Part shown: piece after piece, positions 37,514 through 47,537 of the stretch
How positions within the stretch are numbered: the stretch's first letter is position 1
Layout: each line of letters starts with the position of its first letter
From: Kiritimatiellota bacterium
Lineage (GTDB): Bacteria; Verrucomicrobiota; Lentisphaeria; Oligosphaerales; JAADHN01
Assembly: GCA_013151865.1 (NCBI GenBank)
Contig: JAADHN010000111.1
Location: forward strand, 122,624-186,623
Direction of reading: 5' to 3'
Length of the DNA stretch: 64,000 nucleotides
Program-made: the position numbers and the translations under genes
Notes under the pieces: model-generated
Databases searched by the model: none
The model's input: only the letters and a program-made list of their open reading frames with translations
What the model was told of the DNA's origin: nothing

Positions 37514-37578
37514 TAACCGTATAAGTTGCGTCATTTCGCGGCGAAGGTTATGACTGAACCGGGGTGAAGGAGAATGAA

Positions 37579-39177
37579 ATGCTGCGCAGATTCCTGTTTG
37601 CCGCGACCCTGACTTGGCGTGCCGTCGCGGTCGAGGCGGCGGCCCAAGACCGCGCCGTTCCCGGGCAGGTGGTTTTTCAAGCAGATTTCGAAAGCCCGAC
37701 GGCCCTCGAAGGCTGGACCGGTTCGCCCGGACTGGGCCCCGGTCGAAACGGCGGCCATGCTCTGTTCATCGAACGCTCTCCCGCGGCGGGCCCGGGATCG
37801 ACCGTGGCCCAGTTGAAACTGCCCGTGGAGCAGGTTCGGGGCTGTCTCGTCAATCTCACCGGATGGGTCCGGGCCGAAGGCGTGACCGAGAAACCCGAGT
37901 CCTGGAACGGCATCAAGTACATGGCCCCCGTTGTGGCCCCGGGCAAGCGCTCCTATCCTCAGGCCGGCATCGGGGTGGGCTCGTTCGGCTGGCGGCGGGT
38001 CGCGTTTGCCGTGCGCATACCCGAGAACGCCACGGACTGGCGTCTGTACATGGGCCTTGAGGCCGTCACCGGAAGCGTCTGGTTCGATGACTTGCGGATC
38101 GTGGTTCGGAAGGGACCGTTCGTGCGGAAGCCGCCGGCGGCGTCGGGGGCCGTCTACACCGGGCATCCGGCGGGAATGCGGCTCCGAGGGGCCATGGTAA
38201 GTCCCAACATCGGAAAAGACAGCCTGCGAGTGCTCGGCGTGGAATGGAAGGCCAACCTGGTTCGCTGGCAACTGGTGGGCTATCGACCGCCGAAAGGCGG
38301 GTTTTCCCCAAAGCACTACAACGCCTGGCTCGAACAGCGGTTGCAGCAACTGGACGCGGCTTTGCCGGTTTGTCGCGAATACGGAATGTATGTCGTGATC
38401 GACGTGCACTCTCCGCCTCGGGGCGGGCCCGACTCCGGGGCGAACCTGTTCACGGATCGGGAGTGTCAGCGCGGTTTCGTCGACAACTGGAAAAGAATGG
38501 CGCGGCGCTATAAAGACTCGGAGGTGGTCTGGGCGTACGATCTGGTCAATGAGCCTAATGAACGTTTTGTGCCGGAGGATTGCCTGGACTGGCAGGCCCT
38601 GGCTGAAACCACGGCGAAAGCCGTCCGTGAGATCGACCCTGACCACGCCATTATCGTCGAGACGCCCGTGGGCGGTGGTCCGGGCGGCTTCAAGTACATG
38701 AACCCGATTGACGCACCGGGAGTGGTGTATAGCCTGCACATGTACGAGCCCCACGCATTCACGCACCAAGGGGTACGGCCCCAGTGGAACGCCGCACAGA
38801 CCTATCCGGGCGTGATCGGCGGCAAGAAATGGGACAAGGCGCAGATCGAGAAAACCCTTGCACCCGCCGTCGAGTTCTCTCGGCGGTACAATGTCCAGAT
38901 CTTCGTGGGGGAATTCAGCGCCGTCCGCTGGGCGCCGAACCACAGCGCCTTCCGTTACCTGCGCGATTGCATCGACGTGTTTGAAGAACACGGATGGGAC
39001 TGGACATACCATGCTTTTCGGGAATGGCCCGGCTGGAGCGTGGAGCGCGGACCGGTCAAAGAGGACACGACCCGGCCCCCCAACCCCACGGACCGCGAGA
39101 AACTCCTGCGCCGATGGTTCGCCAAGAACCGGAATCCACCGTTTGCCCCCGCACCCGACGCCGTTCGCGGAGAATAA
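37579..39177 (+). CDS. Secreted glycoside hydrolase family 5 (cellulase/mannanase-type) with N-terminal beta-sandwich module
   Basis: GAAGGAG lies 6 nt upstream, followed by a signal peptide. Acid/base motif YDLVNEPNE. Nucleophile motif IFVGEFSA. HMYEPH. Confidence 0.8.
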   Translation: MLRRFLFAATLTWRAVAVEAAAQDRAVPGQVVFQADFESPTALEGWTGSPGLGPGRNGGHALFIERSPAAGPGSTVAQLKLPVEQVRGCLVNLTGWVRAEGVTEKPESWNGIKYMAPVVAPGKRSYPQAGIGVGSFGWRRVAFAVRIPENATDWRLYMGLEAVTGSVWFDDLRIVVRKGPFVRKPPAASGAVYTGHPAGMRLRGAMVSPNIGKDSLRVLGVEWKANLVRWQLVGYRPPKGGFSPKHYNAWLEQRLQQLDAALPVCREYGMYVVIDVHSPPRGGPDSGANLFTDRECQRGFVDNWKRMARRYKDSEVVWAYDLVNEPNERFVPEDCLDWQALAETTAKAVREIDPDHAIIVETPVGGGPGGFKYMNPIDAPGVVYSLHMYEPHAFTHQGVRPQWNAAQTYPGVIGGKKWDKAQIEKTLAPAVEFSRRYNVQIFVGEFSAVRWAPNHSAFRYLRDCIDVFEEHGWDWTYHAFREWPGWSVERGPVKEDTTRPPNPTDREKLLRRWFAKNRNPPFAPAPDAVRGE

Positions 39178-39280
39178 CTCGGAGAGCGAGTGGAGGCCCC
39201 ACGCACCTTCGGTTTTCACGAGCAGCCCCTCGCTCTCGGGACCCCGGCTGCAGCGAGGCCCGGCCTTCGGAGATGCACCC

Positions 39281-40402
39281 ATGACCCAGCGAGAGCGCAT
39301 TCTGTGCGTGTACCGGGGAAAAAGGCCGGATGTCGTGCCCTTCATGCTCGATCTGTCGCACTGGTTTTATCACCGGACCGGCACGCCCTGGGATTTGAGC
39401 AGGGCGTATACCGAGCCGGAATGGGACTTGATCGCCTACCACAAGAAAGTCGGCGCCGGATTCTACCTCGCGAATTTGGCGGCCTTCTACAGCGTCGAGT
39501 ACCGTCCCGGCGTCCGAGTCGGGACCACGAAAAAACGGCGCAACGGCAACCCCGAGATCACCTGGCGCATCGAAACGCCGCTGGGCAATATCGAGAGGTC
39601 CCGAATCTGGGAACCGAGGACATACGCATGGGCCGTCAGTCGTTGGGGCATTGCCACAGAACAGGACTTGCGGGTCTTCCAGTACGCCATGAGTGGTCGC
39701 ACGTATCGTCCCCTTTGGGACCGGTACCGTGCGTGGAGAGAGGCTGTGGGCGACATCGGCGCGGTGTATGTGTCCCCAGGCTACAGCGCCATGGGACACT
39801 TGCTGCATTACTGGATGGGCGTCGAGAAAACAGTGTATGCAACCGTGGACTGGCCGGACACACTACGGGCCGTGGTCGACGCGGTGAACGCCAATGTGCT
39901 CGACTTGGTCGACCTCCTGGCGCAGTCCCCGGCCGAGATCGTGATTCTCGGCGACAATTTCTCCAGCGATATTCAGCCGCCGCGATTCTTCGAGGCCTGG
40001 GCGCGACCTTTCTACGTGGAGGCCGTGCGGCGACTGCACGCCTCGGGCAAATTCGTGGCCGTGCATATCGACGGCAGATTGCGCAGCGCGGTCCGCATGA
40101 TCCGGGAGACCGGAGCCGATTGCGGGGATGCGATCACGCCGGCGCCCATGGGCGACCTGACGCCTGCGGAATGTCGTGCAGAGGCCGGACCGGACTTCAT
40201 TCTGTCGGGGGGCGTTTCACCGGATCTCTGGCTGCCCAACGCGCCCGTGGCAGCGTTCCGGGCCAAAGTCCTCGAGTGGCTCGAACTCAGACGCGCCAGT
40301 CCACGCCTGATCGCGAATGCCGGCGATCAAGTGCCGCCCGGCGCTGAGGAAGATAGAATCCGCATAATGCGGGACTTGGTCGAGGAACACGGACGGTTCT
40401 GA
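39281..40402 (+). CDS. Uroporphyrinogen-decarboxylase (URO-D)-like family protein
   Basis: ILCVYRGKRPDVVPF start and the IVILGDNFSSDIQPPRFFEAWARPFY...VAVHIDG...GADCGDAITP pattern are typical of URO-D/MtaA-like TIM barrels. The track ORF 38858.. is an upstream artefact overlapping the GH5 gene. Confidence 0.7.
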   Translation: MTQRERILCVYRGKRPDVVPFMLDLSHWFYHRTGTPWDLSRAYTEPEWDLIAYHKKVGAGFYLANLAAFYSVEYRPGVRVGTTKKRRNGNPEITWRIETPLGNIERSRIWEPRTYAWAVSRWGIATEQDLRVFQYAMSGRTYRPLWDRYRAWREAVGDIGAVYVSPGYSAMGHLLHYWMGVEKTVYATVDWPDTLRAVVDAVNANVLDLVDLLAQSPAEIVILGDNFSSDIQPPRFFEAWARPFYVEAVRRLHASGKFVAVHIDGRLRSAVRMIRETGADCGDAITPAPMGDLTPAECRAEAGPDFILSGGVSPDLWLPNAPVAAFRAKVLEWLELRRASPRLIANAGDQVPPGAEEDRIRIMRDLVEEHGRF

Positions 40403-40596
40403 TGGCTTAAACTCCCTTCGCCGGCCGGCAGTGTTGCCGGCCCCGTCGGCCCGAGGCGACGGCTCCGACCAATCTGTCGGAAAGTTTACCGACCGCTTCG
40501 CCGCCTCCTTGGGGATTGGTATATTCGTCGCGCCTGCCGGGTTTCCGGCAAGGCGGAGCCGGTTCGCATTCTCAGCATTTGAAAGACACAATCGCC

Positions 40597-42309
40597 ATGC
40601 ACTCGACGCCCGCAGTCGTCCTTTTCTTGGCAGCGGCCGCTTTCGCTGCCGCAGGCCCGGCCTGGCGGCGCGACGATTTCAATGATCCCGCGCACCTGCC
40701 CCTGGCCGTTCCGAACAACCCGCGCCTGCACGCGGAAATCAGGGACGGCAAGCTGCTGCTGGCGGACCGGGGCACACAGCCCGGCGACATGCTTGTCTGC
40801 ACCAAGCAGTGGGGGGCGCACCCCGAGAAGGGCGCCTCCTGCCGCGCCCGGGTCAAGGTCGTTCGCTGCAAGGGCCTTGCCGGTGTCATGATCGGCTTCA
40901 GCGACGGGGTGCACGAGGACATCCTGACGCTCTATCCGGAGCGGATCAAGCTGTATCGCGCCGGGCTCGAATACGCCATGGACACCACGGACGACTTTCA
41001 CGAGTACCGCATCGACATTCGCGGCACAGACGTCCATGTCACAGTGGATTCCGCACCGGCTATCGACGGCCCGGGCGCGTTCACGTTTCCCGCTTACCGC
41101 GGCCGAAACCGACTGAGCATCGGGGGTGGAGCCAGCGCCAGCGTGGGCGAGGCTTGGTGGGACTGGCTCAGTTGGACCGACGGGCTCGAAACCTGGATGA
41201 AGACCTATCCCGTCATTTCCGGGGCCGAACACGTCGTGGTATTCAAAGAACCCGGTGTTTATGCGCCCTTTCCCAGCCTGCGTCGCGATCCGAAGACCGG
41301 CTTTTTCTACACGACCTTTCAGAAAAAGCGGAAAAGGACGCATTACGAGACGACCGCCGCCGTCCGGGGCGTCATGGAGAGTCGCGACGGGGGGCGCACC
41401 TGGCACGCCGTGCCCCGACTCCCAAAAGGGGTGGTCGGTCCGCGCCCGGGGGAAGTCTTCCGCTGCCCGGACGGTGCGCTCGTCACCATTCGGCAGAACT
41501 GGCGCAGGTGGTTCCCACCCCAACGGCTGAAAGAATTCAAGGGCCGATATCGCACGTCCACTCAAGGGGCGGAAAAACCGGGTTGGTTCTCGGTCCTCAG
41601 CGGCGGTCGGCTTGCCCGGTCCGAAGACGGCGGCAAGACGTGGAAGGAATCCGCCATACCCGAGTTGGACACGTACGTCTCGTGTTCGTCCGGATGGTCG
41701 ATCCTGCAACTTCGCGACGGTCGGATCCTGCGCGCCTTCATGCTGCGACGCAACGCCCACGATTCCGGAGACGTTTACGCGGTGATTACCGCCGACGGGA
41801 AAAGGGCAGACATGGTGCGCGTCATGGGTGATCCCGAGGAAAAACTACGTTTTACGGAAGAAACCTTGGTGCACGAGACCTCAAAGGGCGTCGTTTGGAT
41901 GTTGACGCGCGTGGAAGGCGGCGACGACCATCTCTGGCAGGCGATTTCACGCGACGGCGGTTCGACCTGGACTTCGAGAAGAACCCGGATCAAAGGGCAT
42001 CCGCCAAGCGGTCTGGTGAAGCTGCCGGACGGACGCCTCGTGCTGACGTACGGTTACCGGCATTTGCCCTACGGTATTCGCGCCGTACTTTCCCGAGACG
42101 AGGGATTGACCTGGGACACGAAACACATCGTCACACTGCGCAACGACGGCGCCAATTTCGATCTGGGCTACCCGCGGAGCATGCTGCTTGATGACGGCAG
42201 GGTCTTGACCATCTATTACTTCGTGACCGACGCCGACCACATCACACACATCGCCTGCACCCGCTGGCAGCCGCCGCCGGCGGCGGGCTCCAGGACACGA
42301 GCCGAATAA
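40597..42309 (+). CDS. Secreted BNR/Asp-box beta-propeller protein (sialidase GH33-like) with N-terminal LamG/DUF1080-like domain
   Basis: Signal peptide. Four Asp-boxes: SRDGGRTW, SEDGGKTW, SRDGGSTW, SRDEGLTW. Confidence 0.75.
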   Translation: MHSTPAVVLFLAAAAFAAAGPAWRRDDFNDPAHLPLAVPNNPRLHAEIRDGKLLLADRGTQPGDMLVCTKQWGAHPEKGASCRARVKVVRCKGLAGVMIGFSDGVHEDILTLYPERIKLYRAGLEYAMDTTDDFHEYRIDIRGTDVHVTVDSAPAIDGPGAFTFPAYRGRNRLSIGGGASASVGEAWWDWLSWTDGLETWMKTYPVISGAEHVVVFKEPGVYAPFPSLRRDPKTGFFYTTFQKKRKRTHYETTAAVRGVMESRDGGRTWHAVPRLPKGVVGPRPGEVFRCPDGALVTIRQNWRRWFPPQRLKEFKGRYRTSTQGAEKPGWFSVLSGGRLARSEDGGKTWKESAIPELDTYVSCSSGWSILQLRDGRILRAFMLRRNAHDSGDVYAVITADGKRADMVRVMGDPEEKLRFTEETLVHETSKGVVWMLTRVEGGDDHLWQAISRDGGSTWTSRRTRIKGHPPSGLVKLPDGRLVLTYGYRHLPYGIRAVLSRDEGLTWDTKHIVTLRNDGANFDLGYPRSMLLDDGRVLTIYYFVTDADHITHIACTRWQPPPAAGSRTRAE

Positions 42310-42560
42310 AGCGACAGGTTCTTCAGGTGGCGGAATCTGGCGGGACCCCAAGCAAGACCGGAACCCTTTTCCCCGCAAGTTCTGGCGAATGTCTCCTCTC
42401 CATACACCACAAGAGGGCACAACGTGGAAGGGTCGCACCTACCGGGAGGGCAAGCGTTCCAGCTTGCCTGTCGTCCGTGGCCTCCAGCGGGCGCGAATCG
42501 CCTTTGCGCACAGGCCGCCTCCCGGCAAACACGCCGGCAATGGAGCGGCGACAGCGGACA

Positions 42561-44132
42561 TCACCCCTCGGGCTTCCGCTCCGGCCTCTTTTCCGCATCC
42601 GACACCCCTTCAGCTCCCGGGGCCAAGCTCGGAAACAACGTCGAAAACGCAGCTCGGACCTCGGCCACGTCGTCGAACGGCCTGCAGCGGTCTCCAATGA
42701 GCTGGTAGGTTTCGTGCCCTTTCCCGGCCACCAAAACCACATCCGCCGGCTCGGCGATCTCAAGGGCCCGTCGAATGGCTTTCCGTCGGTCCGGCTCCAC
42801 CACGCAGGGGGCGCATTCCGGCATACCCGATCGAATCTCGCTCAGGATGGCGGCGGGCGCCTCGGTGCGCGGATTGTCGTTGGTCAGGACCGTCAGGTCC
42901 GCCAGGTCCGCGGCCACCCGCCCCATGCGGGGACGCTTGCTCCGGTCCCGGTCTCCGCCGCATCCGAAAACGACGATGACTCTCCGTGGCCCCAACTCCC
43001 GAAGGGCCCCAAGAGCTTTGGCCAAAGCGTCGTCGGTATGGGCATAGTCCACCACGACGAGACGCCGGGCGGGACCGTAAACAGCCTGCATTCGACCCGG
43101 GGCCCCCCGGAATCCTCTCACTGCATCCGCAATGACGTTGAACGAAACCCCGGACGCCGCGGCAAGCGTCGCGGCGCCCGCAATGTTCATGGCGTTGAAC
43201 CGGCCGATGAGCGGACTGGCAAGGGCAAGGGCCTCGACACACCCCGGAAAATGGAGACGGCAACGCAGCCCTTCGAGCGAGGCGCGGTCGATCGCCAAGC
43301 GCGCGTCTGCCCACTGCCCCGTTCCGAAACCGACAACCTGTAAATCGGAACGCTCCCGGCGAAGACGCTCGAGCAGTTTCCGACCGAATGGACCGTCGGT
43401 GCCGATGACGGCGAGTCCCGCAGGGGCCAGACGCTCGACAAAAAGCCGAGCTTTGGCGGCAAAATACCGGTCCATTCCCGCATGGTAATCCTGGTGTTCC
43501 GGCGTCAAATGCGTAAAGAGGGCGGCTCGGGGGCGCGTGCGCCCGAGCCTGTTCTGGGCAAGTGCGTGACTCGATACTTCCATGACTACGGTATCCGCAC
43601 CTTGGTCGCGCATCCGGGCGAGCAAACGCTGCAAGAGGAACGGCGGCGGGGTGGTTCGGTCCGCGGCAATCGCGCCGCCGGGGGTCTCGTAACGGACCGT
43701 GCTGATGAGACCGGGCGTGCGACCTGCGGCGGCAAGAATCGCCTGCAACAACATGACAGTAGTGGTCTTGCCGTTGGTCCCGGTAACGGCAACGACCTGC
43801 AATTCACGGGCAGGAGAACCATGCAGGACTTCGGCGACCCGGGCTGCGGCCGCATACGTATCCGAAACGACGGCCACGGGAAAAGCCGGCGGAAGATCGG
43901 CAGGGAGCGCGGCGGCAATCAAGGCGACGGCGCCGCGACGGCGGGCCTCGGACAAATGGCAGAGCCCGTCCTCTTTTGAACCTCGGACCGCGACGAACAG
44001 GCAGCCGGGCAGGACTTCTCGCGAATCGCAAACCGCGCCCCGGATCGGAGTGCCGGGTTCGCCCCGGACCGTCAGGAGCAGTTCGCCGAGGGCTTCAAGG
44101 TAGTTTCGAAAAGGTTGTGCCATCCGGTGCAA
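42561..44132 (-). CDS. murE: UDP-N-acetylmuramoyl-L-alanyl-D-glutamate--2,6-diaminopimelate ligase
   Basis: ATP-binding loop VTGTNGKTT. Mur ligase middle and C domains. DNPR motif (LTNDNPRTE) diagnostic for DAP-adding MurE. Position in the dcw cluster. Confidence 0.9.
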   Translation of the reverse strand: MHRMAQPFRNYLEALGELLLTVRGEPGTPIRGAVCDSREVLPGCLFVAVRGSKEDGLCHLSEARRRGAVALIAAALPADLPPAFPVAVVSDTYAAAARVAEVLHGSPARELQVVAVTGTNGKTTTVMLLQAILAAAGRTPGLISTVRYETPGGAIAADRTTPPPFLLQRLLARMRDQGADTVVMEVSSHALAQNRLGRTRPRAALFTHLTPEHQDYHAGMDRYFAAKARLFVERLAPAGLAVIGTDGPFGRKLLERLRRERSDLQVVGFGTGQWADARLAIDRASLEGLRCRLHFPGCVEALALASPLIGRFNAMNIAGAATLAAASGVSFNVIADAVRGFRGAPGRMQAVYGPARRLVVVDYAHTDDALAKALGALRELGPRRVIVVFGCGGDRDRSKRPRMGRVAADLADLTVLTNDNPRTEAPAAILSEIRSGMPECAPCVVEPDRRKAIRRALEIAEPADVVLVAGKGHETYQLIGDRCRPFDDVAEVRAAFSTLFPSLAPGAEGVSDAEKRPERKPEG

Positions 44133-45879
44133 ACGGCATTGCCGCGGCTTGCGGAGACTGCAGTCCGGTCAATTCAGGGCGTTCCGGTGCAATGTCCAGG
44201 TACCTCAGGGTCCGCTCGGCGATCCTGCTGAAGGCGGGCGCCGCCACGGTCCCGCCATAATGACCGCCCCGTCGGGGTTCGTCCACCATGACCAGAAGCA
44301 CGAATGCCGGGTCCGCAGCGGGCACGAAACCGATGAAGGAGGCCACATACCGACTGTGCGAGTACGTGCCGTCGACCACCTTCTGCGCGGTCCCGGTCTT
44401 TCCCGCAACCTCGAACCCCTCGACCGCTGCTTTGGGCGCCGTTCCGCCGTCCCGGGTCACCAATTTGAGGGCCTGCACTATAGCATGGACAGCGGCAGGC
44501 CGCACGGCGCGACCGACGGCTTCGGGCTTGAAGGTCTCGCGCAGCCCGGTATTCGGGTCCTCAAGCCGCTGCACCACGTGCAGCCTCATGATCACGCCGT
44601 CATTGGCCAGGGCGGCGTAGGCCTGGACCAATTGCAGCGGAGTGACCAGAATGCCCTGCCCGATGGGAAACCGGGTAATGGACAAGCCGTCCCATTTCGC
44701 GAGTGGACGAAAGATCCCCGGCGCCTCGCCCGAGAGCCCGATGCCCGTCGGGCGGCCGAAACCAAAGCGACGCAAGACCTGATACAATCGTACCGGCCCC
44801 ATTCTCAAGGCAATTTTGGCCGCCCCGATGTTGCTCGATTTCTGAATGATCTCGCGTACGGTCAATTTCCCGTATCGGTGACCGCTGTCGCGCAACGGTC
44901 GCCCCAGGTAGTACCAGCAGCCGTCCTCGCAGTCGAATACGGTGTCCAAGGTGACCACGCCGAAATCAAGCGCCCCGGCCACTGCCATGGCTTTCATCAC
45001 GGATCCGGGCTCGAACCCGGTGAGCAGTAAACGGTTCTGAACGTAAGGGAGGTCTTCCGGCGCGATTCGATTGGGATCGAAACCCGGCTTTTGGGCCATC
45101 GCCATGATCTCGCCGGTGCGCGGATTGGCCATCACGGCAAAAGCGGCCTTAGGCTGGAATTCCTCCATCAGCGCGTCCAACTCGGACTCTACGATGTGCT
45201 GAATCGGTTCCTCGATGGTCAGGAAGAGATTGGCGCCGTCTCGGGCCCGTCGCCGACGGAGAGCGTTCATCCGCAGAGGGCGCCCTCGGCGGTCCCGTTC
45301 GTATACCACCTCGCCGGCCGAAGGACGCAAACGGCTGTCGAATTCCTTTTCGATGCCCGCCACCCCCACACCGCCGGCGTTGACAAACCCGAGCAAGGCC
45401 GCCAACATACGCCCTTTGGGATAAGTCCGCCGGTAGCTGTCCACGAACCGGAGGCCGTGAAGCCGATACGCCCGCAGGCGCTCGACGCGCTCCAAATCCA
45501 CACCGTACTTGACTGGGACTTCGATCTTCCCCGCAGTCAGAGCACGCCGGAACCGGCGCAACAGGTCGACCCTCGAGACACCCAGCTCACGGCTCAGAAT
45601 GCTCACCGTGCCCGGCAGGTCGGCGACAAACGCACGGGGCTCGGCCAACACATCGCGACAGGCGCGATTGCCCGCCAGCAGATACCCGTTGCGGTCCAGG
45701 ATCAACCCGCGCTGACCGGGAACGCGCCGACGAGATGTGTACGTGCGCTTCGCCTTGGAAAACAATTCGTTATGCCGGACGACCTGCAATTCGTAAAAAT
45801 GCGCCAGCAACAGCGAAAACGCCGCAGTCGTCGCCACGAACACGCACAGCACACGGACCATGTAGATGTCGCGCTGCAT
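44095..45879 (-). CDS. ftsI: Peptidoglycan D,D-transpeptidase (class B PBP, FtsI-like)
   Basis: N-terminal TM helix and PBP dimerisation domain. SxxK (SVMK), SxN (SSN) and KTG (KTGTA) motifs. Position in the dcw cluster. Confidence 0.9.
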   Translation of the reverse strand: MQRDIYMVRVLCVFVATTAAFSLLLAHFYELQVVRHNELFSKAKRTYTSRRRVPGQRGLILDRNGYLLAGNRACRDVLAEPRAFVADLPGTVSILSRELGVSRVDLLRRFRRALTAGKIEVPVKYGVDLERVERLRAYRLHGLRFVDSYRRTYPKGRMLAALLGFVNAGGVGVAGIEKEFDSRLRPSAGEVVYERDRRGRPLRMNALRRRRARDGANLFLTIEEPIQHIVESELDALMEEFQPKAAFAVMANPRTGEIMAMAQKPGFDPNRIAPEDLPYVQNRLLLTGFEPGSVMKAMAVAGALDFGVVTLDTVFDCEDGCWYYLGRPLRDSGHRYGKLTVREIIQKSSNIGAAKIALRMGPVRLYQVLRRFGFGRPTGIGLSGEAPGIFRPLAKWDGLSITRFPIGQGILVTPLQLVQAYAALANDGVIMRLHVVQRLEDPNTGLRETFKPEAVGRAVRPAAVHAIVQALKLVTRDGGTAPKAAVEGFEVAGKTGTAQKVVDGTYSHSRYVASFIGFVPAADPAFVLLVMVDEPRRGGHYGGTVAAPAFSRIAERTLRYLDIAPERPELTGLQSPQAAAMPFAPDGTTFSKLP

Positions 45880-45886
45880 GACGACC

Positions 45887-46321
45887 TCACCAGTTTTGGA
45901 CGACCAGCGCCGTTTCTTCGGCGCGTTCCTTCCCCGGGCCGGTCACGCGAGACTCCGGCGAGCCGTGCCGCCGGATGCAGTAAACCTGCCCGTAGTAGGG
46001 TTCATGGAGTTCTAATCCAAACCGCGAAACAGCGGCCCGAATGTAGTCGCCTCCGGTGTAACTCTCATAGTCGACACGTAGGTTCTCGTACTGTTTTGTC
46101 CCCTGAACCATTGCGGTCCGCAATTCTTGGGCCAGCCGGGCCCGTTTCTGGGATGCACTCTGCAACCACGTGAACGCCAAGGCGCCGGCCAGCAGCAAGA
46201 GCACGGCAAGCGAAAGGAAAACCAACGTGGCCGGCGAGAAGGCCGGGCCGGACGGTGGCTTGGCAGCCATCTCGTGAAACGGATGGTGTGTGCTGTACCG
46301 AGCATTTCGCATGGAGTTCAT
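45887..46321 (-). CDS. FtsL-like small bitopic cell-division protein
   Basis: Position between rsmH and ftsI. Single TM helix (LVFLSLAVLLLLAGALAF) followed by a short coiled-coil-like segment. Start uncertain. Confidence 0.55.
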   Translation of the reverse strand: MNSMRNARYSTHHPFHEMAAKPPSGPAFSPATLVFLSLAVLLLLAGALAFTWLQSASQKRARLAQELRTAMVQGTKQYENLRVDYESYTGGDYIRAAVSRFGLELHEPYYGQVYCIRRHGSPESRVTGPGKERAEETALVVQNW

Positions 46322-46430
46322 CCTTCCGCACGTCTTTTTCGCAGCACGACTCGAAAATGCCCCGACGAACCCGACAAGGTCCGCGCGTCGCTGCATCTGT
46401 CAACTCCTCCCGGACCAGCACCGGAGCAGC

Positions 46431-47423
46431 TCAGGCGGGCCCGATCTTCTCCGCAGCCCGCAACCGGGCCGGGCGGGCGCGCCGGTTCCGCGCCTCCTCC
46501 GCAGGCCCGGGTCGGAGCGGACGTCGCGTCAGTATCTTGAGCGTGGGCTTCTTCCCGCAACGACACTCGGGAAACCACTCCGGACACGTACAGCCCCGGG
46601 CTCGATTCCGGAAGAAATGCTTGACGATCCGGTCCTCCAACGAGTGAAACGATATGGCCACGATCCGCCCGCCGGGACGGATCAGTTCGACGCAGGGATC
46701 GAGGACTTCCCGCAACTCTTGCAACTCGTTGTTCAGGGCAATCCGCAACGCCTGAAAAACCCGGGTGGCCCGCGGCAGCCCCGAACGCCGGTCTCTGCCG
46801 AGCACGGCGGCTGCGAACTCCGCAAACTCCCGGGTCCGCTCCCAGGGACGCTCGCGTCGGCGCCTCACCACGGCGCGCGCCAGACGCCGAGCCTGAGGCT
46901 CCTCGCCGTATTCCCGAAAAATGCGGGTCAGTTCTTCCTCGGACTCACGATTGAGGAGCGTGGCCGCTGTGATGCGCCCGGCACGGTCCATCCGCATATC
47001 CAGGGGACCGTCGAACCGCAGAGAAAAGCCGCGGCGGGCGTCGTCCAGTTGCGGCGAGGACACCCCAAGATCGAGAAGCACGCCATCCACTCGGTCCCAG
47101 CCGACTTCGCGCACACAACTTGTCATTTGGCTGTATACATTGCGGAAAAGATGCACCCTCGCACCGAACCTCTCCAAGCGCACCGCAGCAGCATCCAAGG
47201 CCTGATCGTCCCGATCGATACCGAGCAACTCGACGCCCGGGGACGCGCTCAACAGCGCTTCGGCATGGGCGCCGAATCCCACGGTGGCGTCGATGAAACG
47301 CCCGCCCCGCTCAGGCCGCAAGAAACCGAGTACTTCGGCGACCATGACAGGTACGTGCACTGGAGAGGTCACATCGGCTCCTGTTGTTCCGCGCTTCCCG
47401 CTCCCGCTCAGCGGACGCCACAT
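46431..47423 (-). CDS. rsmH: 16S rRNA (cytosine1402-N4)-methyltransferase
   Basis: HVPVMVAEVL...FIDATVGFGAHAE...GVLLDLGVSSPQLD...SFHSLEDR are hallmark RsmH/MraW motifs. Start uncertain (ATG 47423, or further upstream to 47537). Confidence 0.9.
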   Translation of the reverse strand: MWRPLSGSGKRGTTGADVTSPVHVPVMVAEVLGFLRPERGGRFIDATVGFGAHAEALLSASPGVELLGIDRDDQALDAAAVRLERFGARVHLFRNVYSQMTSCVREVGWDRVDGVLLDLGVSSPQLDDARRGFSLRFDGPLDMRMDRAGRITAATLLNRESEEELTRIFREYGEEPQARRLARAVVRRRRERPWERTREFAEFAAAVLGRDRRSGLPRATRVFQALRIALNNELQELREVLDPCVELIRPGGRIVAISFHSLEDRIVKHFFRNRARGCTCPEWFPECRCGKKPTLKILTRRPLRPGPAEEARNRRARPARLRAAEKIGPA

Positions 47424-47537
47424 CCGGACCGGCGCCGGAATCGAACCACCCCCGTTGTCACTCGGGCTGCGACCCGCTATGTTGGACCGTGCCGAAAAAA
47501 CGCCTCGACCCCGGAACGACCCCGCCCCGCCCGTCAA

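Noticed and set aside
38858-39280. N-terminal 141 aa of track ORF 38858..40402, overlapping the 3' end of the GH5 gene
   Set aside because: The sequence is junk-like and overlaps a well-supported gene. The URO-D-like homology begins at the internal ATG 39281.
40403-40596. Hairpin CCGGCA-gtgt-TGCCGG after the URO-D-like gene, and the 8-mer GACACAAT shared with the 107-nt element's terminal box
   Set aside because: The hairpin lacks a U-tract, so terminator support is weak. An 8-mer match alone is within chance expectation, and no other part of the 107-nt element is present.
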